NCBI GenBank assembly: GCA_963667845.2
Contig: CAXXVL010000002.1
Coordinates: forward strand, 2,336,001 to 2,400,000
Length of the DNA: 64,000 nucleotides
Direction: 5' to 3'
Origin: Smithellaceae bacterium
GTDB taxonomy: Bacteria; Desulfobacterota; Syntrophia; Syntrophales; Smithellaceae
Under the pieces are notes generated by a model. It saw only the letters and a program-made list of their open reading frames with translations. It had not been told where the DNA came from and ran no database searches. Every line of letters begins with the position of its first letter. The first letter of the stretch is position 1. Positions 30,161 to 39,577 of the stretch are shown here, in pieces. The position numbers were made by a program, and so were the translations under genes.

Positions 30161-30505
30161 ATGGCGGATTGTATATTCTGCAAAATCGTGAGAGGGGAGA
30201 TTCCCTGTACGAAAGTCTACGAGGACGATGCCGTGCTGGCTTTTGACGATATTCAGCCGGCCGCGCCGGTGCATGTTGTGATTATTCCCAAAGAGCACAT
30301 TCCGACGCTGATGGACGTCGACGCCGAACAGTCGGATATTTCCCGCAGGCTTTTTGCCGCCATTCAGGCCGTGGCGAAGATTAAGAATGTCGACGAGAGC
30401 GGGTTCCGGCTGGTCGCCAACGTCAAGGCCGATGGAACGCAGCTCGTATATCATCTGCACATGCATTTGCTTGGCGGCAAACGTTTGTCCGAGCGCATGT
30501 GCTAA
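30161..30505 (+). CDS. HIT-family nucleotide-binding protein
   Basis: DCIFCKIV, HLHMH histidine triad. Confidence 0.93.
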   Translation: MADCIFCKIVRGEIPCTKVYEDDAVLAFDDIQPAAPVHVVIIPKEHIPTLMDVDAEQSDISRRLFAAIQAVAKIKNVDESGFRLVANVKADGTQLVYHLHMHLLGGKRLSERMC

Positions 30506-30519
30506 TTGGAGGTAAAATC

Positions 30520-30966
30520 ATGGATATCAATACAATGATCAATGAACAAATGGTGACGGCGGCCAAAGCCAAAGACAAGATCAGGCTGTCGGCTGTCCGC
30601 ATGCTGAAAACGGCTCTGCACAATAAGGAAATCGATTTGATGCGGCCGCTCAATGAAACGGAAACCATGCAGATCCTGTCCGGACTCGTCAAGCAGAGAA
30701 AGGATTCCATCGAACAGTTTGCCAAGGGCGGCCGTGTGGATCTGGTGGAAAAGGAAGAAGCGGAACTGAAGATTTTGCAGGAATTCATGCCTGCGCAGAT
30801 GTCCGATGAAGACGTGGAAGGGATCATCAGGAAAGCGATCGCTGAAGTGGGCGCCGTCTCCGTCAAGGATATGGGAAAGGTCATGAAGGTGCTGATGCCA
30901 GAGATTACCGGTAAGGCAGATGGAAAGGCCGCCGGTGAAAAAGTGAAGGCGCTATTATCACAATAA
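30520..30966 (+). CDS. GatB/YqeY domain protein
   Basis: KQRKDSIEQF, PAQMS, DMGKVM, KADG. Confidence 0.92.
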   Translation: MDINTMINEQMVTAAKAKDKIRLSAVRMLKTALHNKEIDLMRPLNETETMQILSGLVKQRKDSIEQFAKGGRVDLVEKEEAELKILQEFMPAQMSDEDVEGIIRKAIAEVGAVSVKDMGKVMKVLMPEITGKADGKAAGEKVKALLSQ

Positions 30967-30994
30967 GGGCTTTATCCGGAAGTGTTGAATTATC

Positions 30995-32782
30995 TTGAAT
31001 CAGGCAAGGCAATCATTCGTGCGTTTTGATGACAGTAAGATTGAAGAAATTAAAAGCAGGGTGGACATTGTCGAGCTTGCCTCCGAATATCTGACTTTAA
31101 AAAAGGCAGGCAGGAATTATCTGGGCCTTTGTCCTTTTCATCAGGAAAAGACGCCGTCCTTCACCGTCAACCGTGAAAAACAAATTTTCTATTGTTTCGG
31201 TTGCGGAGAAGGGGGTAATGTCATCACCCTGCTGATGAAGATTGCCAATAAAAGTTTTCCCGAAGCCATCAAACATCTCGCGGAAAAGACAGGTGTTATC
31301 CTGCCGGTACGGACCATGAGCAGGGAAGGCCGGGAAAAAGAGAGTCTGCATGATGAGATCATCAGTTTGAATTTAAGGGCGGCGCAGCATTATGCGCGGA
31401 TTCTGGCGTCCGGGGCCGGAAAAACTGCCCGTGATTACCTGCAAAAGAGGGCGGTTACTGAAGAAACCGTCCGGCAATTCCGCCTGGGGTTTGTGCCGGA
31501 TACCTGGCGTTCTCTGACGGATAGTCTGGAGAGCAGCGGGTTATCATTGAAACTGGCTGAACAGGCAGGGCTCGTCATTGCCGGCAAAGAAGGAAGCTTT
31601 TATGATCGCTTTCGCGGTCGATTAATGTTCCCGATAGAAAATATCTTCGGGGAAATCATCGCCTTTGGCGGCCGGATCTTGGGAGAAGGCGAACCCAAAT
31701 ATCTCAACTCGCCGGAATCACCGGTTTATATCAAAGGCAAGAACCTATACGGGCTGCAGAAAGCCAAAGAGTCGATTCGGGAGAAGGGTTTTTGTCTGAT
31801 TGTCGAGGGGTATTTCGACGCCATATCCCTCTGGAACGCCGGTGTGCAAAATGTGGTGGCCACCCTCGGCACAGCGCTCACGCGCGACCACCTGGAACTC
31901 CTGCGGCGGTATACTCAGGATGTCGTGGCGCTGTTCGATCCCGATGCGGCCGGACGAAAGGCGCTGGATCGTTCCCTCGAGCTGTTTCTCGGGGCGAACA
32001 TGCACGCCCGGGCTTTAATTCTTCCCGGAGGAGATGATCCGGATGACTTTGTTAAGAAATATGGCCGGGAGAAACTGGAAGAATTGATTGCAGTTGCGCC
32101 GTCCATCAGCGATTACTATATTGATAACGTTCTGGGGGATGGAAAGACTTTCGAAGAAAGCCGTGACCTGGTGAAGACCGCCATGGAATTCGTCAATAAA
32201 ATCAATGATGAAATAGAAAAAAATCTTTTTATCAAGCGCATTGCGGAAAGACTCGGCATTGACCAGGCGTTATTAAAAAGGGAAATTCATCATAAAGAGG
32301 TTGGGCAAAAGCCCGCAGCGATTAAACCAAAACAGGGTGTTCGGCCGGGTTTGAATCCTCTGGAACTGAATCTGATACGGCTTGTCCTGGAATATCCCGA
32401 GAAGGCTTTCCAGATAGCAGATGAAAAAATATTGGATTTTTTTATGGAGCCCCGGCTTAAGGATCTGGGAGAAAAAATCGCGCAGACTTACAAATTGCTC
32501 GGGTATATTGACATTAATGTTATTCTGTCGACCGATGAAGACAAACCCCTTCGGGAAACGATTTATAAATTAAGTATTGAGGCGCCATCAACCGATGATA
32601 ACATGGTGGAACGCAACTTTTCCGATAATATCCGGAGAATCAAAGAAAAGTGGTACAAAGAACAAAAGCGTCTGATTCAGCTTAAATTAAGGCAAGCGGA
32701 AGAAAACGGCGACGGAGAACTTACTCACAAATTGACTTACGCGAAGCAGGATTTGTTGAGAAAAGAAAAAGAATTACGTTAA
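30995..32782 (+). CDS. dnaG: DNA primase
   Basis: CPFH...CFGC zinc finger, KYLNSPE, VEGYFD, FDPDAAG, DPD; start may be GTG 31019. Confidence 0.96.
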   Translation: MNQARQSFVRFDDSKIEEIKSRVDIVELASEYLTLKKAGRNYLGLCPFHQEKTPSFTVNREKQIFYCFGCGEGGNVITLLMKIANKSFPEAIKHLAEKTGVILPVRTMSREGREKESLHDEIISLNLRAAQHYARILASGAGKTARDYLQKRAVTEETVRQFRLGFVPDTWRSLTDSLESSGLSLKLAEQAGLVIAGKEGSFYDRFRGRLMFPIENIFGEIIAFGGRILGEGEPKYLNSPESPVYIKGKNLYGLQKAKESIREKGFCLIVEGYFDAISLWNAGVQNVVATLGTALTRDHLELLRRYTQDVVALFDPDAAGRKALDRSLELFLGANMHARALILPGGDDPDDFVKKYGREKLEELIAVAPSISDYYIDNVLGDGKTFEESRDLVKTAMEFVNKINDEIEKNLFIKRIAERLGIDQALLKREIHHKEVGQKPAAIKPKQGVRPGLNPLELNLIRLVLEYPEKAFQIADEKILDFFMEPRLKDLGEKIAQTYKLLGYIDINVILSTDEDKPLRETIYKLSIEAPSTDDNMVERNFSDNIRRIKEKWYKEQKRLIQLKLRQAEENGDGELTHKLTYAKQDLLRKEKELR

Positions 32783-32809
32783 CAAATAATGAAATTTGGG
32801 GGATGCCAG

Positions 32810-34558
32810 ATGGCTAAAGAAATACCATCCGATGAATTCAAGAAATTACTTTCGCTGGGAGCGGAAAAAGGCTTCTTAACCTATGACGATGTCAATGACA
32901 TGTTGCCGCCCGATGTCAACTCTTCGGACCAGATCGATGATATCATCATGCTGTTCGGTGAGAAAAATATCGACATTATCGACACCGAACAGGGAGAGAA
33001 GCTGGTGGTTAAAAAGCCGGTCGAGGATGTCCTGCCGTCAAAATTTGTGGAGGCCCTCACGCTGGTGCCCGGAGCGGGCAAGACCGGTGATCCGGTCAAG
33101 ATGTATTTGCGTGAAATGGGGCTCGTATCACTTTTGAGCCGCGAAGGCGAAGTGGAGATCGCCAAGAAAATTGAAGAAGGCGCCCGTGAAACCATGTGGG
33201 CAATTTTCAGCTTGACCGTTTCCATTGCTGAAGTACTGAGCATCGGCGAGAAACTGGAATCCGGAGAGATTCGCGTCAAGAATGTCGTGGACAATATCGA
33301 AGATGAAGAAGGGTTCATGGAGGAGGATGAGCATAAGGAGCGCGTGCTTCGGTTGATAGCCCGAATTCGTCTTTTTAATGACCGTAATGAAGTCCTGCGG
33401 GAAAAGCTCAAATCTAAAACCCTCAAACCCAAGCAGCGCGAAACGCTGACTGCGGAGCTGGAAAAGAATACAAAGAATATTATCACGCTTTGCCGCAAAA
33501 TCCGCTTCAGTAAAAAGCAGATGCATCGGTTCATTGCGCGGCTGAGATTCTTCACCGATGAGATAGAAAGATCCGAACGGGTGATCAATCAGTTCAAAAA
33601 GGAATCGGGTTTAACGCTGACTCAGATGGAAAAAGCCTGGTCTAAGATGAAGAAGTCGAAACCCGACGAAAAGCAGGCGGCGAAGGAAGCGAAGGTTTCC
33701 ATTGACTGGCTGCATCGAAGCCATGACGCCATCACGGAAGCGCAAAAGCGTATCAAGCATATTTCCAAGGATGTCGGCATCCCGACCGCCACTTTAAAGA
33801 ATGTCGTGGATTCGATCGAAGACGGCGAGGCGAAGGCGGAGATTGCCAAGAGAAAACTGGTGGAAGCCAATCTACGTCTGGTTGTCAGCATCGCCAAAAA
33901 ATATACCAACCGCGGCCTGCAGTTTCTGGATCTGATTCAGGAAGGCAATATCGGGTTAATGAAGGCCGTGGATAAATTCGAGTATCAGCGGGGCTACAAA
34001 TTCTCCACCTACGCGACATGGTGGATTCGTCAGGCCATCACGCGCGCCATTGCCGATCAGGCGCGGACAATCCGGATCCCCGTCCATATGATTGAAACAA
34101 TCAACAAACTGATTCGGACGTCGCGCTATCTGGTTCAAGAACTGGGCCGCGAACCGACCCCGGAGGAAATCGCCAATAAAATGGAATACCCGCTGGAGAA
34201 GGTGCGCAAAGTTCTGAAAATTGCCAAGGAGCCCATCTCCCTGGAAACGCCGATCGGTGAGGAGGAGGACAGCCACCTGGGCGATTTTATCGAGGACAAA
34301 AAAATCATGTCTCCTTCCGAAGCCACCATCAGTATGGACCTGGCGGACCAGACGCGAAAAATTCTGTCCACCCTCACCCCGCGTGAGGAAAAAGTTTTGA
34401 GAATGCGTTTTGGGATCAGCGATCGCCTGGGTGCAGTTGGCCTGGAGGAAAGTGCGCCGGTGGATATTGTGGAATCGGACAGCGAGGAACCGGAGACGAT
34501 CGAAGAAGAGCCGTTAAAGAAAACAAAGGGTTTATCCAAAAAGCGCGCGGCAAAATAG
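32810..34558 (+). CDS. rpoD: Primary sigma factor RpoD with degenerate region 4.2
   Basis: Regions 1.1, 1.2 ([11 protein letters not shown]), 2 ([30 protein letters not shown]), 3 and 4.1 ([15 protein letters not shown]) intact; no TRERIRQIE. Confidence 0.95.
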   Translation: MAKEIPSDEFKKLLSLGAEKGFLTYDDVNDMLPPDVNSSDQIDDIIMLFGEKNIDIIDTEQGEKLVVKKPVEDVLPSKFVEALTLVPGAGKTGDPVKMYLREMGLVSLLSREGEVEIAKKIEEGARETMWAIFSLTVSIAEVLSIGEKLESGEIRVKNVVDNIEDEEGFMEEDEHKERVLRLIARIRLFNDRNEVLREKLKSKTLKPKQRETLTAELEKNTKNIITLCRKIRFSKKQMHRFIARLRFFTDEIERSERVINQFKKESGLTLTQMEKAWSKMKKSKPDEKQAAKEAKVSIDWLHRSHDAITEAQKRIKHISKDVGIPTATLKNVVDSIEDGEAKAEIAKRKLVEANLRLVVSIAKKYTNRGLQFLDLIQEGNIGLMKAVDKFEYQRGYKFSTYATWWIRQAITRAIADQARTIRIPVHMIETINKLIRTSRYLVQELGREPTPEEIANKMEYPLEKVRKVLKIAKEPISLETPIGEEEDSHLGDFIEDKKIMSPSEATISMDLADQTRKILSTLTPREEKVLRMRFGISDRLGAVGLEESAPVDIVESDSEEPETIEEEPLKKTKGLSKKRAAK

Positions 34559-34711
34559 TATTGACAAGCGCCCGAATTGGGTATATTTCAACGAACCTTG
34601 ATGCCGGTTTGATCCGCACAGATTCCGGATTTGTAGACGGCGAAAGGTCTTGGTTGCCGTCGCCGCACGGGCGGCCGAAGTAAAGAAGCCGCAGATGGAA
34701 TGAATAAGGGC

Positions 34712-34787
34712 GGGCCTATAGCTCAATTGGTAGAGCCACCGGCTCATAACCGGTAGGTCCCTGGTTCGATCCCAGGTGGGCCCACCA
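34712..34787 (+). tRNA. tRNA with CAU anticodon, probably tRNA-Ile2 (lysidine)
   Basis: 76-nt cloverleaf GGGCCTATAGCTCAA...CTCATAA...GGTTCGATCC...GGGCCCACCA; G1-C72 paired so not initiator; position after rpoD is typical of Ile2. Confidence 0.9.
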
Positions 34788-34940
34788 AATTTTGCATTAA
34801 TGGATTTTAGGATGAATAGAAAAAAGCGATTTTCACAAGCAAGGAGTTATTGCGACGCTGCCATTGACGTCATGGCCGTGAAAAGACGATTTCAACCGTC
34901 ATATCACGGCACAGAACGTAAGATACGATAAGGTTATCTG

Positions 34941-34972
34941 AAAATGCACCCTCAAAAGGTGCATTTTTTTTT
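34941..34972 (+). terminator. Intrinsic terminator
   Basis: AAAATGCACC-loop-GGTGCATTTTTTTTT. Confidence 0.85.
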
Positions 34973-34989
34973 AGTTCGACTCAAATTTC

Positions 34990-35206
34990 AGAAGCGAAGC
35001 GCGCTGAAGTTTGTTAGTCGAACTTATCGTGGCGAAGCCACGGCGAAGCGGGGTTAGTTGCACCACTTGGAGAAGCGAAGCGCGCTGAAGTTTGTTAGTC
35101 GAACTTATCGTGGCGAAGCCACGGCGAAGCGGGGTTAGTTGCACCACTTGGAGAAGCGAAGCGCGTTGAAATTTGTTGGTCGAACTTATCGTAGCGAGGC
35201 GGGGTA
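34990..35206. repeat. 81-bp tandem repeat (two exact copies plus one degenerate partial) built from palindromic modules
   Basis: Units start at 34990, 35071 and 35152. Confidence 0.92.
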
Positions 35207-35272
35207 AGACGGCGTTTAAAGGATGAGATAAATTGCGGCGATATTCATCGTCATTATTAAAGGAGAAGATGT

Positions 35273-35992
35273 TTGAAAGAAAAATTATCATTATTAGTCA
35301 GCCTGCAGGAATGTGATTCACAATTGATCAAGCTTTCGGCTAAAAAAATTAAGCTTCCCGAAAAGATTTGCAGGATGGAGGAGGACTTTCGGCTTTATAA
35401 GGAAAATGTAGAGCAGAATAAGAGAAAACACGATGAACTCAAAGCCAAACGCGCCGAATCTGAAGCTAAGATCAAGAAACTCAATGACGGGATGACGAAG
35501 ACCAAAGAAAGGCTGCTGGAAGTTAAGAACAATAAAGAATATCAGGCCATGCTCAAGGAAAACGAAACAGCGGAGAAATCCCGGGGGGATATTGAGACGC
35601 AGATTATTGCGTTGATGGATGAAATGGATAAACTCTCCGTGCTCGTGAAGAAAGATGAGGAGACTCTAAACCAGGCCACCCTCAAACACAACGAGGAAAA
35701 GAAGATCATCGAGGATGATCTGAGTGCCGTCGATGCGGATACGGCGATTTGGACGGAAAAACGGAAGGGGCTGCAGGAGAGCATTCCCGGGGATCTTCTG
35801 GTGTGGTACGAAAAAGTGAAAAAGCGTAATGGTGGAGTGGGTGTGACTTCCGTATGGAAAGCCGTCTGCGGCGGTTGCCAAATGAAAATACCGCCTCAGA
35901 TGTATAACGAACTTCAGCGGTCCAGTGAATTGCTCAGTTGCCCCAACTGCAACCGGATCATGTATTTTCAAAATCAGGAAAAATCCGAGTAG
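35273..35992 (+). CDS. C4-type zinc-ribbon/coiled-coil protein (DUF164-like)
   Basis: LQECD, NNKEYQA, CGGC...CPNCNRI. Confidence 0.9.
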   Translation: MKEKLSLLVSLQECDSQLIKLSAKKIKLPEKICRMEEDFRLYKENVEQNKRKHDELKAKRAESEAKIKKLNDGMTKTKERLLEVKNNKEYQAMLKENETAEKSRGDIETQIIALMDEMDKLSVLVKKDEETLNQATLKHNEEKKIIEDDLSAVDADTAIWTEKRKGLQESIPGDLLVWYEKVKKRNGGVGVTSVWKAVCGGCQMKIPPQMYNELQRSSELLSCPNCNRIMYFQNQEKSE

Positions 35993-35998
35993 GTTTTG

Positions 35999-36418
35999 AT
36001 GGAAGAAAGAACGGTAAAGCTGTTCAGTGACGGCGCCTGCCGGGGCAACCCCGGTATCGGAGGCGCCGGTGCGGTGATCACGGATGAAGCGGATAACATC
36101 CTTTGGGAAGGCAGCGAATACCTGGCGCACTGCACTAATAATATTGCGGAATATAAAGCGTTGATTCTGGGATTAAAAGGCGCATTGTCCAAGGGATTCA
36201 CGAGGCTCGACGTCTTCCTGGATTCGGAGCTGCTGGCCAATCAGATTAACGGGTCATACAAAGTGAAAAATGAGACGCTGAAGCTCCTGATGCGGGATGT
36301 GCGCAGCCTGCTTTCTTCCTTTCAGGCGGTCCAGGTCCGACACGTACTCCGCTGTCACAATGCGAAAGCGGATAAACTGGCTAATTCGGCCATTGACGCA
36401 CATCAGAAGATTTCTTGA
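35999..36418 (+). CDS. rnhA: Ribonuclease HI
   Basis: SDGACRGNPG, TNNIAEY, DSELL, NAKADKLAN. Confidence 0.92.
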   Translation: MEERTVKLFSDGACRGNPGIGGAGAVITDEADNILWEGSEYLAHCTNNIAEYKALILGLKGALSKGFTRLDVFLDSELLANQINGSYKVKNETLKLLMRDVRSLLSSFQAVQVRHVLRCHNAKADKLANSAIDAHQKIS

Positions 36419-36455
36419 ACTAAATTCAAATCAATTGTAAGCTGTATTTCAGGCC

Positions 36456-36826
36456 GGAGAAGATCAGATGATCGCGGGCGAATGAAGATTCGCCGGAGGA
36501 AAGTCCGAGCTCCACAGGGCAGGATGGTCGCTAACGACGACTGGGGGCGACCCTAAGGAAAGTGCCACAGAAAATATACCGCCCGCCAAAAGGCTGGGTA
36601 AGGGTGAAATGGCGAGGTAAGAGCTCACCGCTTTTCCGGTGACGGAAAAGGCATGGTAAACCCCATCCGGAGCAAGACCAAATAGGAGAACGTTTAAGGG
36701 CGGCCCGCCTGATGTTCTCGGGTAGTGTCGCTAGAGGCGTAAGGCAACTTACGTCCCAGATGAATGATCATCGCCGCGTGGAGGGTAACTGAAACGCGGA
36801 ACAGAACTCGGCTTATGATCTTCTCC
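36456..36826 (+). ncRNA. rnpB: RNase P RNA (type A)
   Basis: GAGGAAAGTCCGAGCTC, GAAAGTGCCACAGAAA, GAGCAAG, ACAGAACTCGGCTTA; terminal helix GGAGAAGATCA/TGATCTTCTCC. Confidence 0.96.
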
Positions 36827-37044
36827 TGTGCCTGTTATTCCATTTCCAATTCGATGATGACTGCAGCATCCCTGAGGATGCGATGAGATGTCTTTGGAGA
36901 AGCGCGACCTCGCTCCGCGTTCAGGTGATCTTGCCTCGCGTATTCTTCCGGATATCGGAGCATCCGATGGGCAGACTATGAGTGTTTGAGGATGATGACG
37001 GCAGCGTCGGCAAAAGCAGTGTTTCAATTCCCCCAAGGATATGT

Positions 37045-37287
37045 TTATAAACCCAAACCCCTTTTCTTTGCTTCCTTATAAAGTCGCCAGATGCAGAGGC
37101 CGATAGCGAGAAAAAAAGAAGCCAGCATGAAATTCGGTGTCGTCCCCAGGAATTCATCCACGAGATAACCCAGATAGAGGAACAAAAAAGAGGACAAGAC
37201 CATCGCCATTCCCCAGGCGGACAGCACCAAAATGCCATTGAATTGGCTGAACTGCTGTCGGGTCACCTTGGGGGTTTTTTTCGGCAT
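37045..37287 (-). CDS. AtpZ/AtpI-like (ATPase gene 1) membrane protein
   Basis: LYLGYLVDEFLGTTPNF motif between two TM helices. Confidence 0.75.
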   Translation of the reverse strand: MPKKTPKVTRQQFSQFNGILVLSAWGMAMVLSSFLFLYLGYLVDEFLGTTPNFMLASFFLAIGLCIWRLYKEAKKRGLGL

Positions 37288-37505
37288 ATCATTTTTCTCT
37301 TTCTTTGTCTTGATGCGGGAGTCAGTCTGTCTGATTCAGGTGGATGAAAATAGTCCTCTTTGTGATTGGGCATGATGACCGGCGATCGACACCAAAAAAA
37401 ATATGTCGATCTCGGATCGAGCAGAAAAAGGCTTTGCGCAAATTGATGAGTTGCCTATTGGAAGATCGATTCTTCTGCTTGCAGTTATCCAATTTTCAGC
37501 CGGTG

Positions 37506-37715
37506 TTAGACTTGAATGAAGTTAATAAACCTTTTCAGCAGATCTAATCCCGGTTCCGAAAATACCGCTATCAGAATGAGGAAAAGGACAAACACAACAA
37601 TGAGCTCATAGTTTTTTACTCTTGGATATTTTCTTTTGATGAAGAGGAGAATAATGATCCCGGCAATCAGGATAATGACGTGCAGGAATGGAAATAGGTT
37701 CAGGATAAATTCCAT
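37506..37715 (-). CDS. Small two-TM hypothetical protein
   Basis: AAGGAG RBS; hydrophobic; TTGACA box upstream at 37769-37774. Confidence 0.65.
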   Translation of the reverse strand: MEFILNLFPFLHVIILIAGIIILLFIKRKYPRVKNYELIVVFVLFLILIAVFSEPGLDLLKRFINFIQV

Positions 37716-37781
37716 TTCGTTCTCCTTTTACTGAAGTTCGTCTTCATAATTAAGAAAAATGCCAGGGTTGTCAAGGCAAAT

Positions 37782-37812
37782 AAAAAAGGCCGAATCGAAA
37801 TTCGGCCTTTTT
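37782..37812 (-). terminator. Intrinsic terminator after Cache gene
   Basis: AAAAAAGGCCGAAT-loop-ATTCGGCCTTTTT. Confidence 0.85.
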
Positions 37813-37833
37813 GTTAATGATGTGGAAAGTTAA

Positions 37834-39150
37834 TTATTTGTCATCCTCATCGTCTTCATTGAAGACCGACAAGTCGCCCTCAGAACCTTCCGGAATTTCT
37901 GACCGCAAGGAACGGCTGATTCCGCGAACCAGGATCAGCATGATGAAGAACAGAATAACCATGGCTACGATCAGGACCAGAATAACGGTCGCCGTCCATG
38001 CTTTCGATTCCTTCTCAATATTCTTCGTTACCTTCAGAGCCTCTTCGTTATATTTTTCAACTTCCAAACCGAGGCCGATCCATCCAAAACCGGTGGGCTC
38101 GGGAAGATTTGACGCATAAAACTTGATCGGTGCGTAAGCAACGAACTTTGTGTTTCCACCAAATTTATACATTAAAATTCCCGTTTTTCCCTCTGAAGCT
38201 TCCTTCGTGACCTTAAAGATATTGGGATCGAGAAAGCCGAGCTGGAACATGTTCAGCGCTTCGTCGCCCTTCTTTGCCAACTCCGTTGCATTTTGAGCTG
38301 TCACTGTCGGAACTGTCGTTCCATCACGGTTGAGACCGACGATGTGGAAATCAGCGGGATGGGAAATAACGAAACCGCGATTGTCTACCATGTATGAGTA
38401 ATTGCCGGTCTTGGCGTCGGTTTCAAATACTCTCTCCGCCTGTGTCGGGACCAGTTGATCGGTAAACTGAGCAAGATGACGATAATCCACGGACAGCACG
38501 ATTATCCCCGCAAACCCGTTTTGATCGAATACCGGTGTGGCAATACGGACGACTCCGGAAAATCGCTCTCCTTTTTCAAATGCCGCCTTGTTTACATACC
38601 AGCCGGTAACCGGCGATACGTAGATTTCGCCTTTTTTCAGATTTTTCGTTTTAGCAAAATAAGTTTCTGATTTATACTCCGTATTGGCCGGACTACTGAC
38701 ATTGACGAGTTTTCCTGCCGGCACCGCCTGACCGTCAACGATTTTAATTTTTTCGTTGCCGTTTTTGTCGATCAGCGCCAGTTCTTTGTACAGCGGAACC
38801 AAGGCCTTTTGAACTTTGCCGTCACGTTTGACCCAGAGCGGCTTCTTATTTTCAGAAACAAACTGTTTATATACGGATTCTGACGAGGGAATGATGGTTG
38901 CGACCTGCACGTCTTTTTTGCATTCCATGAGGAAACTGGCAACTTCATTTGCTGTGTTGACCGCCCTCGCCTTGATATCTTCCTGAGATTTGGCATCGAG
39001 AACGTTAACAGCCCTCTCTTTTATGGTAACCCCTAGTTTGAACATTCCGTTAGCGATTAAAAACGCCATCAGTGATAAGGGGATTACAATAAGCAGGAAG
39101 AATACACCTGCGATAGGTAATGACTTCTTATCCTTTTTAGTTTCTGGCAT
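37834..39150 (-). CDS. TM-Cache-TM membrane sensor lacking a cytoplasmic output domain
   Basis: YF.KTK...YVSPV, RIATPV, YSYMVDNRGFVISHP, VAYAPI dCache hallmarks; only a ~30-aa acidic tail after TM2. Confidence 0.8.
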   Translation of the reverse strand: MPETKKDKKSLPIAGVFFLLIVIPLSLMAFLIANGMFKLGVTIKERAVNVLDAKSQEDIKARAVNTANEVASFLMECKKDVQVATIIPSSESVYKQFVSENKKPLWVKRDGKVQKALVPLYKELALIDKNGNEKIKIVDGQAVPAGKLVNVSSPANTEYKSETYFAKTKNLKKGEIYVSPVTGWYVNKAAFEKGERFSGVVRIATPVFDQNGFAGIIVLSVDYRHLAQFTDQLVPTQAERVFETDAKTGNYSYMVDNRGFVISHPADFHIVGLNRDGTTVPTVTAQNATELAKKGDEALNMFQLGFLDPNIFKVTKEASEGKTGILMYKFGGNTKFVAYAPIKFYASNLPEPTGFGWIGLGLEVEKYNEEALKVTKNIEKESKAWTATVILVLIVAMVILFFIMLILVRGISRSLRSEIPEGSEGDLSVFNEDDEDDK

Positions 39151-39199
39151 TATGAGTTCCCCCTAACCTTTCTTGATGTTAAAGTTAATTGATTAAGCA

Positions 39200-39577
39200 T
39201 TAACCCAAAAAGAAAGCCTTGAAGGGGTTGGCGTACAATAAGATCAGAGCAATAACCAGAGCGTAAATTGCGATGGATTCGGCCATGGCCATACCAACGA
39301 GCATAACCATCATGATCTTGCCCTGAACACCGGGATTTCTTCCGACAGCCTGGCATGCGCCGTTTGCGGCATTACCGATACCGGCGCCCGCGCCGATTGC
39401 GCCGAGACCGATGGCCAGACCCGCGCCGATCATGGCGCCGACTGCGAAAATGACTTTAATGTAGGATTCGCCGCCAACCGGGATGGCATCCGCTGCAAAG
39501 GCAAACTGGCTCGTGAGCAGCAATGCTGCCGCCGATGTTAAGACTGTTAAAACTGCTTTTCCTGATTTACGTGACAT
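39200..39577 (-). CDS. atpE: ATP synthase F0 subunit c with N-terminal signal-like extension
   Basis: GAGAGIG glycine zipper, RNP loop, AESIAIY carboxylate, YANPF; AFA-A cleavage-like site. Confidence 0.95.
   Translation of the reverse strand: MSRKSGKAVLTVLTSAAALLLTSQFAFAADAIPVGGESYIKVIFAVGAMIGAGLAIGLGAIGAGAGIGNAANGACQAVGRNPGVQGKIMMVMLVGMAMAESIAIYALVIALILLYANPFKAFFLG

Noticed and set aside
34418..34700. Programmed frameshift restoring RpoD region 4.2
   Set aside because: Manual translation of the +1 and +2 frames shows no TLEEVG/TRERIRQIE-like sequence
34712..34787. tRNA as a prophage or island integration site
   Set aside because: No integrase and no duplicated tRNA 3' end seen; core genes continue downstream
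34812..34931. 39-aa ORF between tRNA and terminator
   Set aside because: No properly spaced RBS and no recognisable motif; cannot be supported
34990..35206. Possible CRISPR array
   Set aside because: Units are identical along their whole length with no unique spacers, and no cas genes are in the window
34971..35291. 106-aa minus-strand ORF with internal repeats
   Set aside because: By-product of the 81-bp palindromic tandem repeat; no RBS or protein-like features
36853..37008. Short direct repeat GATGATGAC.GCAGC.TC after rnpB
   Set aside because: Only two imperfect 18-bp copies with no coherent ORF or structure
37045..39577. N-ATPase or complete atp operon
   Set aside because: Only atpE and an AtpZ/I-like gene are present; the c subunit lacks the full Na+ ligand set
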